From assembly GCA_045604625.1 (NCBI GenBank), contig JAZUOJ010000119.1, positions 1 through 45,709 on the forward strand: DNA of 45,709 bases, written 5' to 3'. Source of the stretch: Acutalibacteraceae bacterium (GTDB lineage: Bacteria; Bacillota; Clostridia; Oscillospirales; Acutalibacteraceae). Below are positions 17,485 through 25,615 of this stretch, in pieces (position 1 is the stretch's first letter; the number at the start of each line of letters is the position of its first letter). A program made the translations under genes and the position numbers. The notes beneath the pieces were generated by a model. It was not told the DNA's origin and ran no database searches. It saw only the letters and a program-made list of their open reading frames with translations.

Positions 17485-18227
17485 TATTTTTTCTTCTCCT
17501 TATGGTTCACATAGATTATCTTGTCGGTCAGCACAATTTCGCTGTTACCGCAGTAATATCCCAGCGTTGACAGCGCGGGAACGGGCACGAGGGTGAGCAG
17601 CAGTAAAAGCATACCCCACACGGGTATCTCCGACGCAGACTGTGCCCCACTGAAACACAGCTCAACCAACGGGAAAAGATAATAGTTTGCTATTTTAAAT
17701 AGTCCTGAATAACCGGGTATTATCTCGACGAATTTGTTTACCCAAAGCAGTATGTACAAAAGCGCCATTGGGCTTACTGCCAAAAGGCCGACCTTTAAAC
17801 CCTTCATTTTATCTCGCTCGATATGACCGAAGGTTGCAAGGTTGTTGTCCTTGTCTCCGCGTCTCCACAAAATGGAATAAATCATAGCGCACATAATTGA
17901 AAGACTCGATAGAATGGTTATGACGTCTACTGCAGTAGATATACCGGGGCTAACCTCACTTCTGAAGGAGGAGGTTTTAACCTCTATTCCCTGCTCCTCA
18001 TATTCCTTGATTTTGGTGTCCTCACCATCGGCGTAGTAGTGTGTATAAAGTTCAACCAGTTCGCCGTCTACTTCCTTGTATGCTACATAACCCTGGGCGG
18101 TGGTGCCAACGCCTACCGCAATAACGTTAAAGGATATGAACATAAAGAAGCACAAAAAGTCTATTACTAATATCGCAGCAAAGCATTTTGCCGCAATAGA
18201 CAGTTTTTCCTTCATTTTACGCTTCAC
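17484..18227 (-). CDS. hypothetical polytopic membrane protein
   Basis: 247-aa ORF with RBS GAGGTGA. It has an N-terminal TM helix, an acidic loop of about 60 aa, then 4-5 TM helices. A 1-nt overlap links it to the downstream yesL-like gene. Confidence 0.5.
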   Translation of the reverse strand: MKRKMKEKLSIAAKCFAAILVIDFLCFFMFISFNVIAVGVGTTAQGYVAYKEVDGELVELYTHYYADGEDTKIKEYEEQGIEVKTSSFRSEVSPGISTAVDVITILSSLSIMCAMIYSILWRRGDKDNNLATFGHIERDKMKGLKVGLLAVSPMALLYILLWVNKFVEIIPGYSGLFKIANYYLFPLVELCFSGAQSASEIPVWGMLLLLLTLVPVPALSTLGYYCGNSEIVLTDKIIYVNHKEKKK

Positions 18228-18282
18228 CTCTCAGGTAGATTACAGTATATTACAAAAAAACAGTTTCTTTGTTAATATACGG

Positions 18283-19662
18283 TTAATTTTTATTCATTTC
18301 TTCACGAATAAGGTAGGCAGCCTTATATATATCGCCGCCGCCCATAGTAATTATCAAATCACCCTCACGCATAATATCGCAGGCGTGTTTGCAGATGTCT
18401 TCGAACGTGGGGAGAACCAAAGCGTCCGAAAGGCCCCGGGCGATATCCTCACTCGAAATGCCGTAGGTATTAACCTCACGCGAGCCCATAATGGGGGTTA
18501 AAAGCACCTTATCCGCAAAGGAAAGCGCCTTTATAAATTCGTCCTTTAAAAGAGCTGTACGCGAAAAGGTAAAGGGCTGGAATATTGCAATAACACGCTT
18601 ATAATCAAGGCTTTTAGCCGCCTTTAGTGTGGCTTCAATCTCGGTTGGATGATGTGCATAATCGTCAACCAAGGTTACGCCGTTTTGTTCACACAAAAAC
18701 TCAAATCTTCTGCCCGCACCGGTAAAACGTGAAAGCGCAGAATCTATCTGTGCGGCGGAAACGCCAAGGTCGTACGCTACCGCAAAGGCCGCAAGACCGT
18801 TATAGACGTTGTGCTCTCCGGGGATACGCATATGGACGCGTCCCAGATTTTCACCCGCGTGGATAACGTCAAACTCGTATCCGAGTGCACCGGTAGTTAT
18901 ATTTTCGGCATAAAAATCATTGTCATCCTTAAGACCGAATGTTATAATTTTAGCGGATATTCCCTCGGCGGCGCGGCGCACAAGCGCATCGTCACCGTTT
19001 ATATATGCCGTGTGCGACATTGAAATAAACTTATGGAATGACAAAACAAGGTTATCCATTGTTTTGAAATAGTCAAGATGGTCGTCATCGATATTAAGCA
19101 ACACCGACACGTCGGGCGAAAGCTGTAAAAACGTGTCTACAAACTCGCACGATTCGCAAACCATATGCTCGCTTTTACCGCTTCGGCCGTTTGTGCCGAG
19201 CAGCGGAAGCCTTCCGCCTATCACAGCGGTAGGATCGAGGTTGTTTAAATAAAGAATTTGTGTTATCATAGAGGTAACGGTGGTTTTGCCGTGTGTACCG
19301 CAAACACCGATAACGTTATCGAAGCGGCGTGTAAGCGCACCCAAAAGATGCGAGCGTTCCATTGTGGGAATGCCAAGACGCTCTGCCTCGGCAAGCTCGG
19401 GGTTATCCTTGGAGATTGCGGCGGAATAAACCACAAGCTCGGCGCCCTTTATGTTTTCTGCGGCGTGGCCCATATATACGGTGGCACCCAAGGCGCGAAC
19501 ACGTTTAAGCGGGTCGCTTTCGTTGTTGTCCGAACCCGAAAGCGTATATCCCTTGCTGTTAAGTATTTCGGCAAGCGGGCACATTCCCGAACCGCCTATT
19601 CCTATCATATGAATATGCTTTACACTATCTATTATTTTATCTTCTTCCCGTAGCTGTTTCAT
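18283..19662 (-). CDS. murC: UDP-N-acetylmuramate--L-alanine ligase
   Basis: ..HMIGIGGSGMCPLAEIL...G..V.GSD.. N-terminus, ..GTHGKTT.. P-loop, and Mur ligase middle and C-terminal domains. Confidence 0.95.
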   Translation of the reverse strand: MKQLREEDKIIDSVKHIHMIGIGGSGMCPLAEILNSKGYTLSGSDNNESDPLKRVRALGATVYMGHAAENIKGAELVVYSAAISKDNPELAEAERLGIPTMERSHLLGALTRRFDNVIGVCGTHGKTTVTSMITQILYLNNLDPTAVIGGRLPLLGTNGRSGKSEHMVCESCEFVDTFLQLSPDVSVLLNIDDDHLDYFKTMDNLVLSFHKFISMSHTAYINGDDALVRRAAEGISAKIITFGLKDDNDFYAENITTGALGYEFDVIHAGENLGRVHMRIPGEHNVYNGLAAFAVAYDLGVSAAQIDSALSRFTGAGRRFEFLCEQNGVTLVDDYAHHPTEIEATLKAAKSLDYKRVIAIFQPFTFSRTALLKDEFIKALSFADKVLLTPIMGSREVNTYGISSEDIARGLSDALVLPTFEDICKHACDIMREGDLIITMGGGDIYKAAYLIREEMNKN

Positions 19663-19762
19663 AACGTTCCTCCGAGTAAGTTTTTATTTACTCCTCTATT
19701 ATATTGCTTTTTGAATGAAAAATAAACAAAAATTTTATCTTTTTATGCGAGGTGATTATTTT

Positions 19763-20917
19763 ATGGACATTTTTTTGCCGAAAAAGGTTAAAAACTGCAT
19801 ACTTACACTGGAAAATGCGGGGTATGAAGCCTTTTGTGTCGGCGGTGCGGTACGCGATTTGCTTATGGGAAAACAGCCGTATGATTTTGACGTTGCCACA
19901 AACTGCCCGCCCGAAATTACGCAGACACTTTTCAGGCGAACCGTACCCACCGGAATAAAGCACGGAACCATTACGGTAGTATGCGACGATATGCCCATTG
20001 AAGTAACCACCTATCGCACAGAATCGGGCTATGCTGATTCCCGTCACCCCGACGCGGTAAATTTTGTTAGCAACATAAAAGAAGACCTATCCCGCCGCGA
20101 TTTCACGGTAAACGCTATTGCCTATAACGAAAGCTCGGGACTTTTTGATCCATTTGGCGGATACGGTGACATAGAACGCCAAACGCTGCGCACCGTTGGC
20201 AACGCCGAAATGCGTTTTAGCGAGGATGCTCTTCGCATAATGCGTCTTTACCGCTTCGCATCACAGCTTGGTTTTTCTATCGACGAGGATACTGCTGTCG
20301 GCGCGAAAAAACAAATTCACTTACTGAAAAAAATCAGCGCCGAGCGCATTTTCGGAGAGCTTTGCAAGCTGCTCTCGGGAAGATACATCGGTATGGGTGC
20401 ACCGCTTTTTTCTTTCGGAGGGCTTGAGTTTTTAGGACTGCCCGCCTGCGATATAAGCGTTTTAGAAAAACTGCCAAATGACCGCTCGCTTCGTTTTGCC
20501 GCGCTGATGATTATTTCGGGCGCAGACGACAGCGTTTTTGCAAATCTTAAGGCGGACAACATACTAAAAAACGACACAAAAACGCTTTTATCGTTATACG
20601 GTGGCACACTTCCGCAAAGCCGCAGGGATATTAAAATGCTTTTGTGTGAAACCGATGAAACAAATTTAAAACGATACTTTTCGCTGTGTCAGGCACTTAA
20701 AAACATAGACTGCGGCGAACTTTTAAGCACTTTAGATGACATATTAAAAAATCACGAGCCTTATAGAATAAGCGATTTAGCGGTTACCGGCGAAGACGTT
20801 GCCGCCCTCGGTTTTTCGGGCAAGGAAATAGGAAGTAAACTTGAGTTTTTGCGTAGACACATATGTGAAAACCCAAGCCTTAATAAAAAGGACGAGCTTA
20901 TATCCCTAATTAAATAA
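19763..20917 (+). CDS. cca: CCA-adding tRNA nucleotidyltransferase / poly(A) polymerase family protein
   Basis: ..GYEAFCVGGAVRDLLMGKQPYDFDVAT.. head-domain motif. The ATG at 19763 follows RBS GAGGTGA; the track start is 19715. Confidence 0.85.
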   Translation: MDIFLPKKVKNCILTLENAGYEAFCVGGAVRDLLMGKQPYDFDVATNCPPEITQTLFRRTVPTGIKHGTITVVCDDMPIEVTTYRTESGYADSRHPDAVNFVSNIKEDLSRRDFTVNAIAYNESSGLFDPFGGYGDIERQTLRTVGNAEMRFSEDALRIMRLYRFASQLGFSIDEDTAVGAKKQIHLLKKISAERIFGELCKLLSGRYIGMGAPLFSFGGLEFLGLPACDISVLEKLPNDRSLRFAALMIISGADDSVFANLKADNILKNDTKTLLSLYGGTLPQSRRDIKMLLCETDETNLKRYFSLCQALKNIDCGELLSTLDDILKNHEPYRISDLAVTGEDVAALGFSGKEIGSKLEFLRRHICENPSLNKKDELISLIK

Positions 20918-20919
20918 TC

Positions 20920-20947
20920 ACCAAAACGGCACAAAGGTCATAGGATG
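20920..20947 (+). promoter_or_regulatory. possible sigmaK-type promoter for dpaAB, embedded in the terminator stem
   Basis: tcACc (AC at 20920-20921), a 17-nt spacer, then CATAggaTg (20939-20947). This is the same architecture as the candidate at 13361-13387. The B. subtilis spoVF operon is sigmaK-dependent. Confidence 0.3.
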
Positions 20948-20975
20948 TATTGATATTACTCCTATGACCTTTTTT
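20934..20975 (+). terminator. rho-independent terminator after cca
   Basis: 12-bp stem AAGGTCATAGGA / TCCTATGACCTT with a 14-nt loop and a T-run. It ends 13 nt before the dpaA ATG. Confidence 0.7.
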
Positions 20976-20987
20976 GGTGGTGTTTAT

Positions 20988-21815
20988 ATGGTTTTTGCAA
21001 TTATAGGCGGCGACGAAAGACAGATTTTTCTCGCAAAAATGTTAAAAAACGACCGACATACCGTGCGAATGTGCGGCTTTGAAAGGCACGAAAGTCATAC
21101 CCCCTGCCTATCGGTGGGCGACGCGCTTTTCGGTGCTGATTGTGTAATACTACCGATACCGTCCACCAAGGACGGCAAAACCGTTTGGACACCGCTGGGT
21201 AACGAAGAAATATTATTACACGACCTGACCTCTGCAGCAGGCAAAAAAACGTTGTTTTTAACGGCCTGCCACACACTTGGGGTACAGCGCGAATACGACT
21301 ACTTTGCACGCGAAGAACTGACTATACAAAACGCGCTTATAACCGCCGAGGGTGCTGTAGGTGCCGCTATTGACGGCGTGGACAGCACACTATGGGGCTC
21401 GAGAGTATTGGTTACGGGTTTTGGCAGAATCGGCAAGCTTTTGTGCGACAGACTCGCCCCGTTCGGTTGCGACATTGCCGCCACCTCGCGACGCGCCGAA
21501 ACCGACGCCTGGATACGTGCAAGCGGGTACAAGAGCATAGACAGCAGCGAAATTGAGCGTCACGCCGACCTGTACGATATTATTTTTAACACGGTACCGC
21601 AACCGCTTCTTACGCTTTCGGTGCTGCAAAAGTTAAAGCGCGACTGCCTTATTATTGAGCTTGCCTCCCCGCCCTTCGGCGTGGATTTTGAGGCCGCAAA
21701 CGAGCTGGGAATAAGGATAATTCGCGCGTCGGGGCTGCCCGCAAAGACAGCACCTAAAACTGCGGCAGAAATAATTTATAACACCATCAACAACATACTA
21801 AGCGAAAAACTATAA
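20988..21815 (+). CDS. dpaA: dipicolinate synthase subunit A
   Basis: MVFAIIGGDERQ... is a Rossmann N-terminus typical of SpoVFA. The track start at 20964 falls inside the terminator hairpin, so the ATG at 20988 is preferred. Confidence 0.85.
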   Translation: MVFAIIGGDERQIFLAKMLKNDRHTVRMCGFERHESHTPCLSVGDALFGADCVILPIPSTKDGKTVWTPLGNEEILLHDLTSAAGKKTLFLTACHTLGVQREYDYFAREELTIQNALITAEGAVGAAIDGVDSTLWGSRVLVTGFGRIGKLLCDRLAPFGCDIAATSRRAETDAWIRASGYKSIDSSEIERHADLYDIIFNTVPQPLLTLSVLQKLKRDCLIIELASPPFGVDFEAANELGIRIIRASGLPAKTAPKTAAEIIYNTINNILSEKL

Positions 21816-21844
21816 CACTCTTTAACATAAGAACGGAGCTTTTT

Positions 21845-22417
21845 ATGGAAGGAATCAGACTAGGCTACGCAATGTGCGGCTCGTTTTGCACCCTGCGCCG
21901 CGCCGTCGAAGAAATGAAAAAGCTTAAAAACTTGGGTGCCGACGTAACTCCGATTATGTCCCCCATTGTGTATGAGACCGACACGAGATTCGGAACTGCA
22001 CGGGAGTTTATTGAACTGTCCGAAGAAATATGCGGCAAAAAGGTTATTCACACCGTAAAGGATGCCGAACCGATAGGGCCTAAAAACCTTTTTGATATAT
22101 TGGTTGCAGCCCCCTGTACGGGCAACACGTTAAGCAAGCTGGCGCTTGGCATTACCGACACGTCGGTAACTATGGCGCTTAAGGCGCATCTTCGCAACGA
22201 AAAGCCGCTATTGCTTTCTATTGCCACCAATGATGCGCTTGGTGCCTCTGCAAAAAACATCGGCATTTTGTTTAACACCCGACACATATTTTTCGTTCCG
22301 CTTTCTCAAGACGATCCAAAAGGCAAACATAATTCACTGATAGCGGATTTCACGCGTATACCCGAAGCAGTATACGCTGCACTAAAGGGCGAACAGCTAC
22401 AGCCGGTTTTATTTTAA
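21845..22417 (+). CDS. dpaB: dipicolinate synthase subunit B
   Basis: Close resemblance to B. subtilis SpoVFB throughout (..CGSFCT.., ..AEPIGPK.., ..APCTGNTLSKLA.., ..ATNDALG.., ..IFFVP..QDDP...NSL..). Confidence 0.9.
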   Translation: MEGIRLGYAMCGSFCTLRRAVEEMKKLKNLGADVTPIMSPIVYETDTRFGTAREFIELSEEICGKKVIHTVKDAEPIGPKNLFDILVAAPCTGNTLSKLALGITDTSVTMALKAHLRNEKPLLLSIATNDALGASAKNIGILFNTRHIFFVPLSQDDPKGKHNSLIADFTRIPEAVYAALKGEQLQPVLF

Positions 22418-22449
22418 AAAAACAGCCGAGGAATTCCTCGGCTGTTTTT
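22416..22449. terminator. bidirectional rho-independent terminator
   Basis: AAAAAA-ACAGCCGAGG-aatt-CCTCGGCTGT-TTTT, placed between convergent dpaB and addA. Confidence 0.8.
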
Positions 22450-25400
22450 AAATTTTTATTACCTTGCCTAAAGCGAACGAATATATAAGCATATCGCAAA
22501 CAGGTTTTTTAAACATCTTTTCACAGGCAGAAGAATAAATTTCCAGCTGCTTTTTGTATCGCTCTATAAGCTCTTCTTCGCTCTTTACGCGGTCGGTTTT
22601 AAAGTCTATAACCGAAACGCTGTCACCTTCGTTTAAAACGCAGTCTATCACGCCCTGCACTACCGTCTTTTCTTCGCAAGACTCGGACATAGCCATTTCG
22701 GTCAAAAACCTCATCTCACGGATAAGCTCGCAACCCTGCATACGTGAAAAAATTTGACTTTCGAAAAAGGTCATAAGCTCGGTTTTGTTTACTGCCGACG
22801 CCTCTGCCTCGGTAATATACTCGGCCACAGTCAGCCTAGCAAGCTCGGCATCGATATCGGTTTTGGCGTTATCGTAATCCGCAAACTGCATAAACTTATG
22901 CGTTGCGGTTCCGCGCTGGGCAGGTGTAAGGCCCGAACGCGATAAAAACGCCGGTCGCGCAGTAAAATCGTGCGCGCTGCCACCCGAATGAACGATATCC
23001 GAAACCGAGGTTTTTGCCGCAATTTTTGACAGCTCGGTATATGGATATTCATAATTTATTCGGCTTAAAATCTCGCTTATATCGCAACTGCTGTCATCAC
23101 CTTCGGCTTCGCTGTGGTCATAGCACACGTCGGGCGAGCCGATATACATACCGATTTTGCAGTTTTCGGGCTCCAGTAAATATTCGTCGCCGAGTTTTAC
23201 ACCCAACTGTTCACGCAAAGCAGCAGCACCCTTATAGCACAGCAACGCATACATAAACCAATCGTAATACGTTCCGGCGTTGCTTACTATTTCGGTTTCC
23301 TTGCCGGCCTCTATCAGCTTAGCTGTTGCCGCCGCTTTTTTGGCGTGGTTTTTACCGGTGAGGATAACGCAAAGCCGTTCTTCGGCTCTGGTCAGCGCAA
23401 CGTAAAGCACACGCAGTTCTTCCGACAGATTTCGCCTTGCCACACTCTTTGAAATTGCATCACGAGCAATGTTGTCGCTGCGTGTATTGTTTTGAAGGTC
23501 AAGCGCTTTAAAGGACATTCCAAGCGAACGGTCAAGCACCAAGGACGCCGTGCTGTCACTTTTATTAAACCGACGGAAGCAGCCCGCTATTATACAAATC
23601 GAAAACTGCAGTCCCTTTGAGCCGTGAAAGCTCATAATAGTAACACCGTCGCCACCCGAAGAGGACGATTTAACTGTATCACCTATTTTTTCAATGTAAT
23701 CTGCAAAGCCGTCTAGACTGCCGCCGTTTTCATCATAATCCTTTGCGCACTGTAAAAGCTGCAAAAGATTATTTTTTCGGCGGTCGCCGTCGGACATAGC
23801 CATAACCGAATCAAGCAGACCGGTTTCATCATAAAGACAGGAAATAAGTCTATCCACCGACATCGTGACCGACATTCTGCGGAAACGGCGTACAGCATCT
23901 AAAAACTCTGCCGCCCTTCCATCCCCGCTTTTTTCTGCCGCTAGCAATGCAGAATAAAAGTTTCCTTTTCGGTTAAAGAGCCTAAAGTTTGCAACTTCGT
24001 CAGCGGTAAACCCGAACACGGGCGACATCATAACCGAAATAAGGGGCACGTCGCGGGTAGGGTTACTGATAACACGCAAAAGTGACAGCATAGTATTTAC
24101 CTCGCGCGATGAGCAAAAGCCTCCCACTTCAAAGTATGCCGGTATACCGGCGTTGCGAAGTTCTTCAACGTAAAGGGACGCCTTATTGCCGGGAGAGCGC
24201 ATTAAAATGGCAAAGTCGCTGTAGTTTGCCCTGCGAAGACCGTCGCCGTCACGCAAAAACGGTTCCTCGCTCATACACTTTTTAATATATGCGGCTATAT
24301 GCTTGGCCTCAGCCTTTGCCGCATCGTCCTCGCTGTCCTCTGTACCGAGCAGATGAATTTCTGTGCTTACCGACCGGCTTTCGGGGAAAGCTCCCAGTGG
24401 CACCAAAACCTCTTCATCGTTATAATCCACCCCGCCAAACTGTCTTGACATTGTAAGGGAAAATAGATAGTTAACAAAACCGCAAATTTCCTTTCGGCTG
24501 CGGAAATTTGCCGACAACACTATTTTTTTCGCGTCGTCTTCACAGGCCTCGTCAATAGACTTATATGAATCTTTTTTGCGCACAAAGTTTTCGGGGTTTG
24601 CACCGCGGAAACCGTATATACTCTGTTTTACGTCGCCAACCGCAAAAAGCTTTTTACCCCCCGCGGACAGCACACGGAAAAGCGTGTCCTGCAAATCGTT
24701 TGTGTCCTGATACTCGTCTACCAGAATCTCGTAAAAATTATCCGATAATTCTGCAGCCCTTTCGCTTACCGTTATTTCATCACCGTTTATATCACAAAGC
24801 AGCGACAGTGCCATTTGCTCGGTGTTATAAAACGTAAGCATATTGCGCTCACGCATAAGCTCATTAACCCTGGCGGAAAACCTTTGCGTAATTTCAAGCA
24901 GAGTCACGGCGTGGGGCGCCAGTAAGGATAGCGCCTCTACCCTTTGCTCAGCATCCTCGCATTCACCTGCTGCGGGTATCCATACTTCCTGCGCAGTTTT
25001 GCGGTAATCGGAATACATTTTTTTGCAGCCCTCAAGCCAATGAACCGGAAACGGCATACTGCAGGTAAAATCAAATATCTTTAAAACCGCCTCGGTTAAT
25101 CTGCCATCGTCACCGCCACACGAAAGCGCGTCCATAAGGCCTACTATGCGGGAAAAGTCGTTCTTATAAAAATCGCCCAAAATTTCGGTCATAGCGGCAT
25201 CGTATATCGGGTAGAGTTCGTTGTCGGTTACTATTTTAAAATCGGGCGACAGCTCAAATTCCGCAAAATTATCGCGCACCAGATTTATACAGAAGGTATC
25301 AATAGTGCATATTTTAGCAGACGGTAACAATAGCATCTGTCGTTTCAGGTGGCGGTCGGTGGGATTTTTATTAAGCTCGTCCGCCAGACGCCTTTCAATT

Positions 25401-25615
25401 CGTCCGCGCATCTCGGCGGCGGCAGCGTTTGTAAAGGTAACGATAAGCAGGCTGTCAACCGACACGGGATTTTCCTCGTCACATATCATTTTCACAACGC
25501 GTTCAACCAGTACTGCCGTCTTGCCCGAGCCTGCGGCGGCGGTAACAAGCACACTTCCCTTTGTGTCTATCGCCTGTGACTGGCTTTTTGTCGGTTTAAA
25601 CATTATCATCACCAC
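22448..25615 (-). CDS. addA: ATP-dependent helicase/nuclease subunit A (AddA)
   Basis: UvrD/Rep helicase motifs (..AAAGSGKT.., ..VDEYQDTN..) plus a C-terminal RecB-type nuclease (..GVIDCV.., ..VIDFKTD.., ..QLEIYS..). Several in-frame ATGs at 25615-25601 overlap the addB stop. Confidence 0.9.
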   Translation of the reverse strand: MVMIMFKPTKSQSQAIDTKGSVLVTAAAGSGKTAVLVERVVKMICDEENPVSVDSLLIVTFTNAAAAEMRGRIERRLADELNKNPTDRHLKRQMLLLPSAKICTIDTFCINLVRDNFAEFELSPDFKIVTDNELYPIYDAAMTEILGDFYKNDFSRIVGLMDALSCGGDDGRLTEAVLKIFDFTCSMPFPVHWLEGCKKMYSDYRKTAQEVWIPAAGECEDAEQRVEALSLLAPHAVTLLEITQRFSARVNELMRERNMLTFYNTEQMALSLLCDINGDEITVSERAAELSDNFYEILVDEYQDTNDLQDTLFRVLSAGGKKLFAVGDVKQSIYGFRGANPENFVRKKDSYKSIDEACEDDAKKIVLSANFRSRKEICGFVNYLFSLTMSRQFGGVDYNDEEVLVPLGAFPESRSVSTEIHLLGTEDSEDDAAKAEAKHIAAYIKKCMSEEPFLRDGDGLRRANYSDFAILMRSPGNKASLYVEELRNAGIPAYFEVGGFCSSREVNTMLSLLRVISNPTRDVPLISVMMSPVFGFTADEVANFRLFNRKGNFYSALLAAEKSGDGRAAEFLDAVRRFRRMSVTMSVDRLISCLYDETGLLDSVMAMSDGDRRKNNLLQLLQCAKDYDENGGSLDGFADYIEKIGDTVKSSSSGGDGVTIMSFHGSKGLQFSICIIAGCFRRFNKSDSTASLVLDRSLGMSFKALDLQNNTRSDNIARDAISKSVARRNLSEELRVLYVALTRAEERLCVILTGKNHAKKAAATAKLIEAGKETEIVSNAGTYYDWFMYALLCYKGAAALREQLGVKLGDEYLLEPENCKIGMYIGSPDVCYDHSEAEGDDSSCDISEILSRINYEYPYTELSKIAAKTSVSDIVHSGGSAHDFTARPAFLSRSGLTPAQRGTATHKFMQFADYDNAKTDIDAELARLTVAEYITEAEASAVNKTELMTFFESQIFSRMQGCELIREMRFLTEMAMSESCEEKTVVQGVIDCVLNEGDSVSVIDFKTDRVKSEEELIERYKKQLEIYSSACEKMFKKPVCDMLIYSFALGKVIKI

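Noticed and set aside
20964-20987. Upstream ATG start for dpaA given in the ORF track
   Set aside because: That ATG lies in the right arm of the cca terminator hairpin. The conserved Rossmann N-terminus (MVFAIIGGD) starts at 20988.
22448-25615. AddA looks short (about 1050 aa), raising the possibility of a missing nuclease domain
   Set aside because: The C-terminal RecB-type nuclease motifs (GVIDCV, VIDFKTD, QLEIYS) are present, so the protein is compact rather than truncated.
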